Positions 19,613 to 28,160 of a DNA stretch of 64,000 nucleotides are shown piece after piece. Made by a program: the position numbers and the translations under genes. The notes beneath the pieces are model-generated. The model searched no databases. It saw only the letters and a list, made by a program, of their open reading frames with translations, and was not told the origin of the DNA. The stretch comes from Desulfatiglandales bacterium (lineage in GTDB: Bacteria; Desulfobacterota; DSM-4660; Desulfatiglandales; Desulfatiglandaceae), in NCBI GenBank assembly GCA_963662465.1, contig OY759599.1, positions 96,001 to 160,000 on the forward strand, given 5' to 3'. Each line of letters starts with the position of its first letter. The first letter of the stretch is position 1.

Positions 19613-19953
19613 AGCGCGGAATTCCGGAACGCAGCGATATCCTGCATCTCGATCTTGATCCTGCGCTGGGAAAGGAGCAGCAGGGGCAGCGTTATGTACT
19701 GGTCCTCACCATCTCCGATTTCAACCGTTTTGGGTTGGCGTTGGTTGCCCCTATTACGTTGGGCGGTCAGTTTGCCCGCGAGAACGGTTTCACTGTATCG
19801 ATGATGGGATCGGGTACGAATACTCAGGGCGTTGTACTCTGCAACCAGGTACGGATGCTTGATTTCAAAAAACGCAATGCAAAGGCCATTGAATCGGCGC
19901 CTGAAATCGTTATGGATAATGTCCTGGCTCGAGTCAGGGCATTACTGGAATAG
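19609..19953 (+). CDS. mazF: MazF/ChpB-family toxin
   Basis: DPALGKEQQGQRYVLVL..APIT.GG..GVVLCNQVRMLD. Confidence 0.9.
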   Translation: MKRGIPERSDILHLDLDPALGKEQQGQRYVLVLTISDFNRFGLALVAPITLGGQFARENGFTVSMMGSGTNTQGVVLCNQVRMLDFKKRNAKAIESAPEIVMDNVLARVRALLE

Positions 19954-19985
19954 CCATTTTTTCCGCGCAATATAGAAATAGGGGA

Positions 19986-20270
19986 GTGGATATGGATGCA
20001 CATCGACTTAGAGATGAAAAACATGGCGGGTATTGGCTCATGATTCTTGGGTGCCCTTTACCGGGAAAGCATGACCTGAAAGACCCTTTGGCCGGATTGA
20101 GCGGGCCGTCATTTGCCACCTGTGCCACATGCGAAAATCAGGTCGGGGAAGATGTTGCGCTTGGTGGTGCGGATGGAGATTATAACGGAGCGGAACTCTT
20201 CCCTGATCGACTGACGTGCTTAATTGAAACCAAAGCCGATCCACAGATTACGCAGATTGACGCAGATTAA
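19986..20270 (+). CDS. Hypothetical protein ending in a family A repeat
   Basis: RBS GGGGAG; CxxC motif; C-terminus DPQITQIDAD is repeat-encoded. Confidence 0.4.
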   Translation: MDMDAHRLRDEKHGGYWLMILGCPLPGKHDLKDPLAGLSGPSFATCATCENQVGEDVALGGADGDYNGAELFPDRLTCLIETKADPQITQIDAD

Positions 20271-20430
20271 TTGTTTCGCGTAAGGCGCTGATAAGGAGGA
20301 AATAGAAGATAGGAAAGGGAAATAGGAAAGGATAGAAGGTCAGAGATCCACCCCAGACCGGTGGTCCGGGGTCAGGGGTCGGGAATCGGGGGGAGGACTA
20401 GGGGTCAGTAGCCGGTGGTCAGGGAGGGAA
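20238..20430 (+). repeat. Repeat stack: A, degenerate B, C-like heptamers, leading into a four-helix-bundle gene
   Basis: gatccacagattacgcagattgacgcagatt; ttcgcgtaaggcgc; ggggtcaggggtcgggaatcgg. Confidence 0.75.
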
Positions 20431-20434
20431 GGGG

Positions 20435-20524
20435 ATGGTTGCTAAATCGGCGAAAGATTTGCGGGTTTATAAGAAGGCATATGCGTTGGCTATGGCGATA
20501 TTCCATTCCGAGCAATACCACTGA
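20435..20524 (+). pseudogene. Four-helix-bundle protein N-terminal remnant
   Basis: My translation: MVAKSAKDLRVYKKAYALAMAIFH, then unrelated sequence. Confidence 0.75.
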
Positions 20525-20526
20525 AG

Positions 20527-20772
20527 TCAGGCGTCAGCCTTCTCTGAAAGCCACTCATTTATGAGTGCTTCTTCTGGTTTTCTTAACATTTTTGCCTTGT
20601 TTGTGATTTGGGCATACAAGTCCTTATTGATCCCAACGTATCTTTTTTTCTTCAATGAAAATTTAATTTCACTAACCTCCTTGACATCGTGGAATTCCCC
20701 AAAGTCGTGTTCATCCCAGAAGTCAGAGGCGTCATAAATGGATATGTCGTCAAAATTCCTATTTTTTCCCAT
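20527..20772 (-). CDS. BrnA/CopG-like antitoxin
   Basis: ASDFWDEHD motif, RHH-like C-terminus; coupled to a BrnT-like gene. Confidence 0.75.
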   Translation of the reverse strand: MGKNRNFDDISIYDASDFWDEHDFGEFHDVKEVSEIKFSLKKKRYVGINKDLYAQITNKAKMLRKPEEALINEWLSEKADA

Positions 20773-21047
20773 AACGTCCCCTTTCGCTGCTATTCATACC
20801 CCTTGCGGTCACTATTAGGGCCTTGTTTCCGAGTTTTTTGATAAAGAAAACGGATAAATAACGACCTGATTCGGTTCTGCCGAGGGCATTGTACAAATCC
20901 TCTCCTTCTACTTTGCCCTTTTCCTTCCGGAATATTCTGCAACCGCCGGACAAGATGTCCTTCACCTCAGATGGCAAAAATATTATGCTTCCATGCAAGC
21001 TTCTCGACTATTCTTTCCAGCCGGATTATATCTTCTATAATAAACAA
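20759..21047 (-). pseudogene. brnT: BrnT-family toxin, frameshifted
   Basis: IVEKLAWKHNI in one frame and LPSEV..LGRTESGRYL..VTARGM..ER in another; shift at the A-run near 20976-20980. Confidence 0.75.
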
Positions 21048-21135
21048 ATTTTAACTCATCTTATCAAAACAAGTAAGAAATTAGGTAGAAAAGTCTTCAG
21101 ATGATATAGGCAGAATTTGTGGCTCAGGTCAAGAC

Positions 21136-21309
21136 CTAATTACTTGTAGGATGTCCGCTAATCAAACTTATGGCGGTGCCTTCTCCAGCGCAGGGATCAA
21201 TAACCCTTATAAGGCCTTCCTGCTTTCGATTTATGTATCTGGCTATGATTGGCGTTACTTTATTTGGCGTTGGGTAGAATCCCATCTTTGCCTGTGCTGT
21301 TAATCTCAT
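21136..21309 (-). pseudogene. N-terminal remnant of a DUF6094-like DNA methyltransferase
   Basis: MRLTAQAKMGFYPTP..VIDPCAGEG, then truncated. Confidence 0.7.
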
Positions 21310-21393
21310 TTCATCCTCCATAAAAAAAGGGTCTCCTGTAATACAGGAAACCCTCTTAGGTTGATTGATAGTGTTTGTTCTTAACTGCTGTCT

Positions 21394-21543
21394 TTAATCA
21401 ATTAGCTCAAATTCATTTTCGCATTTCAAACAGACCGCTTTGAAATCTTTGACCGCTACACGAATGTTTGTGCATCCGCATGACCATTTCTTAAGATTGG
21501 ATTTGCCTTTCCTTCTCGCATTTGTCTGAAATATCTTTCGCAT
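21394..21543 (-). CDS. 49-aa zinc-ribbon protein (below the ORF-track cutoff)
   Basis: My translation: MRKIF..KGKSNLKKWSCGCTNIRVAVKDFKAVCLKCENEF; RBS AGGAGG. Confidence 0.6.
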   Translation of the reverse strand: MRKIFQTNARRKGKSNLKKWSCGCTNIRVAVKDFKAVCLKCENEFELID

Positions 21544-21564
21544 GATTGCCTCCTTTCTATTTGC

Positions 21565-22032
21565 TTATGAAAATGTATCAACAAAAAAACCTTGCCAATT
21601 TGGAAGGAGGGATTCCCTCATTCCCCCAAATGGAAGAGTAAATTGATGAAAAACTTCATCCTTTCCTTTCTCATGGTGAACCTTGACAGGCACACTGATT
21701 TTGATTGCATATTCAATCTCATATTTTGTTCCACCTGCGTAACCATCAGCTGCACTAAGGAAAGCGTGAATCAAATCACATTTCTCAACCAGCTCTTTGT
21801 TTCGTTGGTAATACCTTTCGGCGACATCAAATTTTGAACGAATGTTTGTTAAGTCAGGAGTATAAACAAGAACTTCCATTTTTCTTGACCGCGCATAATG
21901 CTGTGACCATGAGCAAACACCTTTGCAGTTGCTAGTGACAATTGTTGATTCTTCTGAGAGCGACAGAACCAATCTTTTGACCGATTTTTGACATTTATAT
22001 TTCCTTGCCCCAACAATACCCACATGAGCCAT
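21565..22032 (-). CDS. SLOG/DprA-like nucleotide-binding protein
   Basis: VGIVGAR..YYQRNKELVEKCD..GGTKYEIEYA. Confidence 0.6.
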   Translation of the reverse strand: MAHVGIVGARKYKCQKSVKRLVLSLSEESTIVTSNCKGVCSWSQHYARSRKMEVLVYTPDLTNIRSKFDVAERYYQRNKELVEKCDLIHAFLSAADGYAGGTKYEIEYAIKISVPVKVHHEKGKDEVFHQFTLPFGGMRESLLPNWQGFFVDTFS

Positions 22033-22125
22033 AACACCCTCCTTTCCAACAAAAAGGCCCTCCTGGAATTGAATCCCAAGAGAGCCTTTGAGTTTGGTTA
22101 AAATTAAATGTTTGTTATGCTGTTG

Positions 22126-22539
22126 CTATGTTGCGAATGTCACATTGCACCCTTTGAAACTGATTTCCCAATCACTGAGTTTTCCGTCAGATGAAAATCC
22201 CTGACTTAACCAGATCCCTCCGTTAAAAACCTCTGGGTGATGCTTGGTGTCAAAGTCAATGAACAACTGGCAGATCCATCTCCAAAACCTTTTTCCGATT
22301 TTAGGAGAATAGGTGATCTTGTCTATCCGGTCCCAATCTGGAAGGACGAGCCTGTAGAGGGCTATCAATACATCTCCTTGCTGTTCGTGTTTCTCAAACA
22401 AACTTTTGATGTGATCCTTCATCTTCTCTGGACTGTTGAGTTTCAGCTCACGAAATTTATCCTGGCATCGCTTCTCAAGATAGCTGTTGTCTGCCTGTAA
22501 GATTTTGACTGTACTTGTGTTCGTGTTTGTAGTTTCCAT
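22126..22539 (-). CDS. Hypothetical protein
   Basis: ORF with RBS in a co-directional cluster. Confidence 0.6.
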   Translation of the reverse strand: METTNTNTSTVKILQADNSYLEKRCQDKFRELKLNSPEKMKDHIKSLFEKHEQQGDVLIALYRLVLPDWDRIDKITYSPKIGKRFWRWICQLFIDFDTKHHPEVFNGGIWLSQGFSSDGKLSDWEISFKGCNVTFAT

Positions 22540-22757
22540 TATTGAATCCCTCCTTGATTTTCTAATTTTGGGTTGAAAATACATTCTTTGCATCGTGTTT
22601 TATCCCTGCATTTCTCACACACTTTCTTATGGTCAACTGTCATGCCAACATGGTCAAAGACCCTCTCAATTGCTTTGGTCATTGGAACCTCTAAAGCCCA
22701 GGCGATACGCCTTAAGGTGCAGCTATGCCTCTGACTGAGTTCAGGTGTGTATGCCAT
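22539..22757 (-). CDS. Small Cys-rich hypothetical protein
   Basis: MAYTPELS..LRRIAWAL..CEKCRD..CKEC; RBS GAGGTG. Confidence 0.6.
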   Translation of the reverse strand: MAYTPELSQRHSCTLRRIAWALEVPMTKAIERVFDHVGMTVDHKKVCEKCRDKTRCKECIFNPKLENQGGIQ

Positions 22758-22800
22758 TTTCCACCTCTCTATTTTTGCTTGATTTGAAAGATCTGATGGG

Positions 22801-23314
22801 TTAGTGAATCGATAGGAATTGGTTGAACTTCTGATTGATTTCTTCCATTATTCCGTTGTCTGCAAAGCTGTAATACGAATCGCCTACAATAATATGATCC
22901 AGGAGATTGGCATCTATTGCTTTGAAAGCAAAAGCCAGTTTCAGAGTAAGGCTCCTCCTCTCTTGAGGGTTGAGGATCGCCTGATGGGTGATTATAGCTG
23001 ATGACAACTGAGCCTGCCTTATATTTGAGAGCCAATTTGATAAGTTCCCTTGGATATATGGCGGCAGATGTTAATGAGCCTGATGCTACCTTATCTATTG
23101 ATTTGATATTGTTCTTGTTGTCCATGAAGATGCAGTACATCTGCTCAACATCATCCAACTTTGCAAATATCGGTTTCATTACATGAAAAACCTCTGTTGA
23201 GCTTTTAAGATACTGGCCCTTGGATTCCTTAAAGACCATTCTTGCGAATTTGCCTGATGTCAAATCCTTCCAGAACGCTTTTTCCGTCTTTTCAAAAAAA
23301 CAAAGCTGTTGCAT
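22801..23314 (-). pseudogene. radC: RadC/JAB-domain protein, frameshifted
   Basis: GSLTSAAIYPRE..YNHPSGDPQPSREE, then LLDHIIVG in another frame; the first His of HNHPSG is Tyr. Confidence 0.85.
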
Positions 23315-23333
23315 GGTGTTTTCTCCTTTCCTT

Positions 23334-23684
23334 TTACTCAAAATATGGCATGAGCCTTCGGATGATGGTATACGGTGCCAGGTCAAGCCCTTTCTTTCCT
23401 ATGGCATCGTCAACCTGATGGCTGTCTATGAACACATCTCCGGTTTGTTCATCGCCTTTGAAAATCTCAAGGCTGATGTAACCTAAGCCGAAGTGCTGTG
23501 AGAGGATGAAAGTCTCGCCTGCTTCACGATATGCGTAAATGTCATCACTGTAGCCGGCGCCAATCTTATGTTTGTGATTTCCGGTTTTGTCTCTGAAAAT
23601 TACTTCCAGTGATGGGTTCATCCTTCCAGCTTCGTGCATGTCTTCCCATGATTCTTTCTCAAGCCTGAAATTGACTTTTCGCAT
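23334..23684 (-). CDS. Hypothetical protein
   Basis: ORF with AAGGAGG RBS, overlapping the ardC end. Confidence 0.55.
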   Translation of the reverse strand: MRKVNFRLEKESWEDMHEAGRMNPSLEVIFRDKTGNHKHKIGAGYSDDIYAYREAGETFILSQHFGLGYISLEIFKGDEQTGDVFIDSHQVDDAIGKKGLDLAPYTIIRRLMPYFE

Positions 23685-24453
23685 GGCTTCCTCCTTGCAG
23701 TATGGTGTTGAGGACTTTTTCAGTTTCACTGAGGACTCTGAGACAGGCATTGTAAGGTTTGAGGTTCACCTTCTTTGCGTATCGCTCGATATAGTCATAA
23801 GTGTTTCCGAGAGTTTCCTTTGCACGTTTTCCAACCAATCGGCAAAGTGCCTGAGCTGATAATTCCGCAATGATTTCCTGTAACGGATCTTGACCAGCTT
23901 TCAGTTTGCCTTTGACTTTTTCATGGGATGCATGGGCAAGTTCGTGGAAGAAAGTTTTCTCTTCGGGTGTTGCAAGGGCTATTTCATGCCTGCCCGGGGA
24001 ATAGTATCCTCTGTATAGGTAATTCCCTGGTATCGCATTGACTGAGATCCCCCAACTTTCGGCGGTTTCGATCAAAGGGAAAGTCGGTAATTTGACGTTC
24101 TCATGGTCGAGCTTTTCACCTTCAGTGTCTTCAAATCGGAAAACAGGCGTTGGTTTGAAATACCTGAGTTCCTCTTCTTCGCCGGAGCCATCAACTTTTC
24201 TTGTGAAACATGGCACAAGGATGTAGATCGCCGTTGAACCCTTTTTCACCCAACGATTGACATCTTTCCATTGGCGAAACCCTCTCGCATCTCCAGTACC
24301 TGAGATGAACATCAAGGTACGGTTGGTGAAAGACCAGTTGGCACTGGGTGTGTCTGGAATTGGAAAAGTGGCAAGTGCCACAGCTTCAGGAATATCACCA
24401 GACTTGAATTTGCCGATTATCGTGTTGAGTACATTCTTGACTTTATCATTCAT
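23659..24453 (-). CDS. ardC: ArdC-like ssDNA-binding/antirestriction protein
   Basis: WSFTN..GFRQWKDVNRWVKKGSTAIYILVP..VF...TEG; HELAH metalloprotease-like motif. Confidence 0.75.
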   Translation of the reverse strand: MNDKVKNVLNTIIGKFKSGDIPEAVALATFPIPDTPSANWSFTNRTLMFISGTGDARGFRQWKDVNRWVKKGSTAIYILVPCFTRKVDGSGEEEELRYFKPTPVFRFEDTEGEKLDHENVKLPTFPLIETAESWGISVNAIPGNYLYRGYYSPGRHEIALATPEEKTFFHELAHASHEKVKGKLKAGQDPLQEIIAELSAQALCRLVGKRAKETLGNTYDYIERYAKKVNLKPYNACLRVLSETEKVLNTILQGGSHAKSQFQA

Positions 24454-25029
24454 TTTTTACCTCCTTAGAAATCAAAAAAGCCTTTCTGGGTGTTGGCCCA
24501 GAAAGGCTTTGATGTTCTGTTTAAAATTAAATATTTATATAGTTAATTTAGAATTATACTTTGGCTGACTTCTTCACGTGTCCATCTACAAGCCCTACGG
24601 ATCATAGAGCTTTGGTATTTTTGCCAGTCTTTCTTTTGTCGGTTGATTCCACATTTTTAATACCTCCTTTGGCTCAAATTATGAGCCTCTGCATAGGAAG
24701 GCTCATGTTAATGCTGATCCGCTTTCCTACCCTCTCTTCATTCTCCTTTGCTTAAGCTTCTTGTAAATTGCTGCATGAGTGGCCAAAGATCGAGCCGGCC
24801 TACAAGGTGTACTCTTCTATCCGTGAATAATCGAAATTCTCGACCTCTGCTTCAGCATTCTGCTTTTCGAGGTCGGTTTTCTGGACCACAGGTCCGTCTA
24901 CCGGAACTATCCTGAAGGATCGCACAGAAAAAAATAATGGCTGTTTTTTCGAATCGTCCGTTCCGATTCGAAAAAGGCTTTGCGGCCTTCGCGACTTGCG
25001 GTTCAATTTAAATGAAGTTTCAAACGAGG

Positions 25030-25902
25030 TTAACTCATCACAATCCTTCGCCGGGGCCTTGAAAGCATCTCATCCATTGCATTTTCCACTTCTGCCATGC
25101 CGTCCCGAATCTGTTCTTTCAACTGATTGTTGGAGCGGATGACATCGGCTGTTTTGCCCCCAAGAACGGCCCTGGCCCGATCAACCAGTTCAGTCAGTTC
25201 ACTATCATTGAAGATATTCCGGGCTTTGAACGTCTCAAAAAACGCATAAAAGTTATTGATGGTACCGTTTTTGAATACCTTGGGTTTGGTATTTCCACCG
25301 TTGGTAAATCGGTCGGTAATCCTTTCAATCATCCCGGAAAACTCCTCCCTGAGCGACATTACCGCCAGTTCGCGGGCATCCTCCATGGTTTGAACAAACT
25401 TCTGTTTTTCCCGTTCATACACCTCCGGTGAAAGCACACCGGTTCTGCCGTTTGGAACATCGAGATTGATGAACCTCCAGGCAAAGGAAAACTTGCCCGC
25501 GATATCCACCGGATAATCCGTTTCGTTGAAAAGGTCCCCGAGATAGACCATGGCTGTTTCTCGCAGTCGCTCGTAACGATCCATGAAATCGGCCACTTTG
25601 TTTTCGAAATCCAATTGAAATATGCGCAGTTGATCATCCACTTTCGAAATCATCTCCTTGGGAACGAAAACCATGCCGTTGATGGGAAATGGCAGGCTTA
25701 CGCCTGAAAGATAGCCGCGAGCGGCATTGGCCACTTTCTGGATCGGTTTGAGCGCACAGGGATCAATCAACTTCTTCTGCGTGCTGAGCCACTCGTTGGC
25801 AGCAGCCATGTTCGAAATCTGTTCGGTTTTGATTTTGCGCCTTGCGCCCCACACACTGGTGGAAAGTTGAATCAAACATCCCATTTCAAATATGTTTTCC
25901 AT
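25030..25902 (-). CDS. DUF3150-like protein
   Basis: KKLIDP..L..I....ARGYL..SLPF..G..FVP; helical C-terminus. Confidence 0.6.
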   Translation of the reverse strand: MENIFEMGCLIQLSTSVWGARRKIKTEQISNMAAANEWLSTQKKLIDPCALKPIQKVANAARGYLSGVSLPFPINGMVFVPKEMISKVDDQLRIFQLDFENKVADFMDRYERLRETAMVYLGDLFNETDYPVDIAGKFSFAWRFINLDVPNGRTGVLSPEVYEREKQKFVQTMEDARELAVMSLREEFSGMIERITDRFTNGGNTKPKVFKNGTINNFYAFFETFKARNIFNDSELTELVDRARAVLGGKTADVIRSNNQLKEQIRDGMAEVENAMDEMLSRPRRRIVMS

Positions 25903-25987
25903 TGGGTCTCTCCTTAGGGCAGCGGCATCCATAAGAGGATGCGCTGCTCGATAAATTGTTTATTGATTTTTTTTTGAAAGTTGCGAT

Positions 25988-26185
25988 TTAGCCGCAAAGG
26001 GGCAAGTACTTCTTGGCAAGGGTTTGGTTTTCCTGCCAGTAGGTAGGCGTCAGGGATTTTTCGGTTTCCTTGCCCAGCAGTTTTTTGAGGAATTCGGATT
26101 CAGTGATGCAACCCTTTCCCTTGAACCCCCGGGTTTCGATTTTGATTTCGCCATCATTTTTGATTTCGACAACAATCTCTTTCAT
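25988..26185 (-). CDS. DUF2997-family protein
   Basis: IVVEIKNDGEIKIETRGFKGKGC..LG. Confidence 0.8.
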   Translation of the reverse strand: MKEIVVEIKNDGEIKIETRGFKGKGCITESEFLKKLLGKETEKSLTPTYWQENQTLAKKYLPLCG

Positions 26186-26198
26186 TCTACACCTCCTT

Positions 26199-26573
26199 TC
26201 ATGATATCCTCACATGCAGTTTGATACTGTTTTCGGTCTTTCGTTCAAGAACGGAATATCCTTTTTTTCTGGCTTCGATCCTGGTTTTCATCACGGCGTA
26301 GGCCTGCTTGAGGAGACCTCCCTGGGAACCGATTACCTTTTCAAGGTTGCGGTCATAAAAGTCGCAGTTGAGCTCATAAAAATGATCCTTCCGGGTCACG
26401 CCGATCTCATAGTCTGCTCCCGGTACCTGGATGGTATGGTCACAGGGAGCTTCCTTTCCGTACCACCGGAAGGTTTTCTGGTTCCTGATCAGCTGCAAAC
26501 CAAGCTTTGAACACGCCTGGCCCAGGATCCCCAGATCCTTTACTTCCAATTCAATTTTGCTGATGTGCGACAT
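26199..26573 (-). CDS. DUF1257 (Ycf35-like) protein
   Basis: MSHISKIELEVKDL..L..AC..LG..LKQAYA..A.KKGY. Confidence 0.75.
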   Translation of the reverse strand: MSHISKIELEVKDLGILGQACSKLGLQLIRNQKTFRWYGKEAPCDHTIQVPGADYEIGVTRKDHFYELNCDFYDRNLEKVIGSQGGLLKQAYAVMKTRIEARKKGYSVLERKTENSIKLHVRIS

Positions 26574-26575
26574 GG

Positions 26576-27982
26576 CTATTTTATCCTCCGTACGCTCTTG
26601 GTTTGTCGCTCTTCGGGCATACTGGCGCGTCTTGCACGAGTCGTGGCCCACTGCTGCAAAGCACCGATTTCCTCTTTCATGGTTTTGGACAAGGGGACGA
26701 TGGTTTTGAGGGCCTCATCGAGACCATCAAAGAGGCTGTCCTTGGCCAGTTGCTCGATCTCAGCCCCTGTCCAACCGTTTAATTCATCCTCATACCCTTC
26801 CGGAATTTGGGTGCTGTATCGGTCGTTCATGATTCCCATTATTTCCAGCCGTTCTTTCCCGGTCGGAAGGTCCACGAAAAACATGGCGTCAAAGCGTCCT
26901 GCCCTCATAAATTCCGGGGGCAGATCCTTTATATTGTTGGCCGTGGCCATCACCAGGATCGGGCTTGTGGTTTCCTGCATCCAGGTTAAAAAGTGGCCAA
27001 ACATGGAAGCGGTGGTGCCCCCGTCCGTCTTTGATGACGATTTCACGCCGCCAAACACTTTATCGATTTCATCCAGCCAGACGACTGCTCTTCCAAAGGC
27101 TTCAATGGTCGCTGTGGCCTGCCGGATCTTTCGCTCGCTTTCCCCTACAAGGGACCCCTTTAACGAAGAGATATCCAGGCGGATCAGAGGCCAACCGAAA
27201 ATGGAAGCTGCCGCTTTACAGGAAAGAGACTTACCGGTACCCGGAATCCCCACCAACAAAAGAGCTTTGGGCCTGGGGAGATTCTCGTTCCCCGGTTCAA
27301 ACGCCTTTTTGCGGTTGGACAGGTACCGTTTCAAAAGATCCAGTCCACCCACCATGTCCACCGGGACCGGAGGCCAGAACTCCATGAGTCCGGTTCTTCG
27401 GATCATCTGCATCTTCTGCTGGGTGACAATGTCTGCACAGAACCTCTTTTTGAGTACGAGGCTCAGGGCAAAAGCGGTCTCGCTTTCAAACTCCGTGAGC
27501 CCCAGGGCCGCTTCTACCGCATTTTCAGACACATTTACGCCAACGCTTTCCCCAAGTTCCTGTTGGATCCGGCGTAGCTCATCAAGGGATGGGAGCCTGA
27601 AATCCAGGATGCTGAAAAACTTTTCGATCTCCTGGGGGAGCCTGACAGGAGGACCCACCATCACCAGACAGCACCCGGAAGCTTTCCACAGGGGGATGCT
27701 GTTCTGGATTTCCTGAATGATCTCCACGGAAGCGATAAAATGATGAAAATTTTGAACCATCAGAACCGTATCGCTCCTTTCCCCAAGCCACTTGACGGCG
27801 GCTAGGGGATCCAGCAGGTCTTCTACAATTCGGCCTGTCCCAGGTTCTGTGAGGCCTCTCAAACAGTCCCAACAAAAGCATTGCCAGGTCGCCGTTTCAA
27901 TCGAAGAGATAGCGCGCAAAGGTTCCTCGGTTTCAATGTAAAATCCGGGATAGCCAGCCTTCAGATAATTCTGTAAATCCAT
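26576..27982 (-). CDS. AAA ATPase, Ycf46-like
   Basis: VGGLDLLK, GIPGTGKS, WLDEIDK, ATANN..LPPEFMRAGRFD. Confidence 0.9.
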   Translation of the reverse strand: MDLQNYLKAGYPGFYIETEEPLRAISSIETATWQCFCWDCLRGLTEPGTGRIVEDLLDPLAAVKWLGERSDTVLMVQNFHHFIASVEIIQEIQNSIPLWKASGCCLVMVGPPVRLPQEIEKFFSILDFRLPSLDELRRIQQELGESVGVNVSENAVEAALGLTEFESETAFALSLVLKKRFCADIVTQQKMQMIRRTGLMEFWPPVPVDMVGGLDLLKRYLSNRKKAFEPGNENLPRPKALLLVGIPGTGKSLSCKAAASIFGWPLIRLDISSLKGSLVGESERKIRQATATIEAFGRAVVWLDEIDKVFGGVKSSSKTDGGTTASMFGHFLTWMQETTSPILVMATANNIKDLPPEFMRAGRFDAMFFVDLPTGKERLEIMGIMNDRYSTQIPEGYEDELNGWTGAEIEQLAKDSLFDGLDEALKTIVPLSKTMKEEIGALQQWATTRARRASMPEERQTKSVRRIK

Positions 27983-28160
27983 GATTTTCTCCTTTTAGAA
28001 TAAAAAAAGGGCCGACCCAGCGAATGCTGGAGCAGCCCTTTTTCGGGTTATGGGAAAAACCGAGATGTTTTCTCCTGTTATTTCCCTTTTAAAGCGGCAA
28101 GCTGCAACCAAAATGTCTCGCGCAAAGGCGCAAAGTTTTTTTGTTTTTTGTGACAGAAAA

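Noticed and set aside
7651..20524. Diversity-generating retroelement suggested by Avd-like four-helix-bundle genes and near-duplicate segments
   Set aside because: No reverse transcriptase in the window, and differences between the duplicates do not look adenine-specific
26565..27716. 383-aa plus-strand ORF
   Set aside because: Antisense shadow of the AAA ATPase, with no independent motifs
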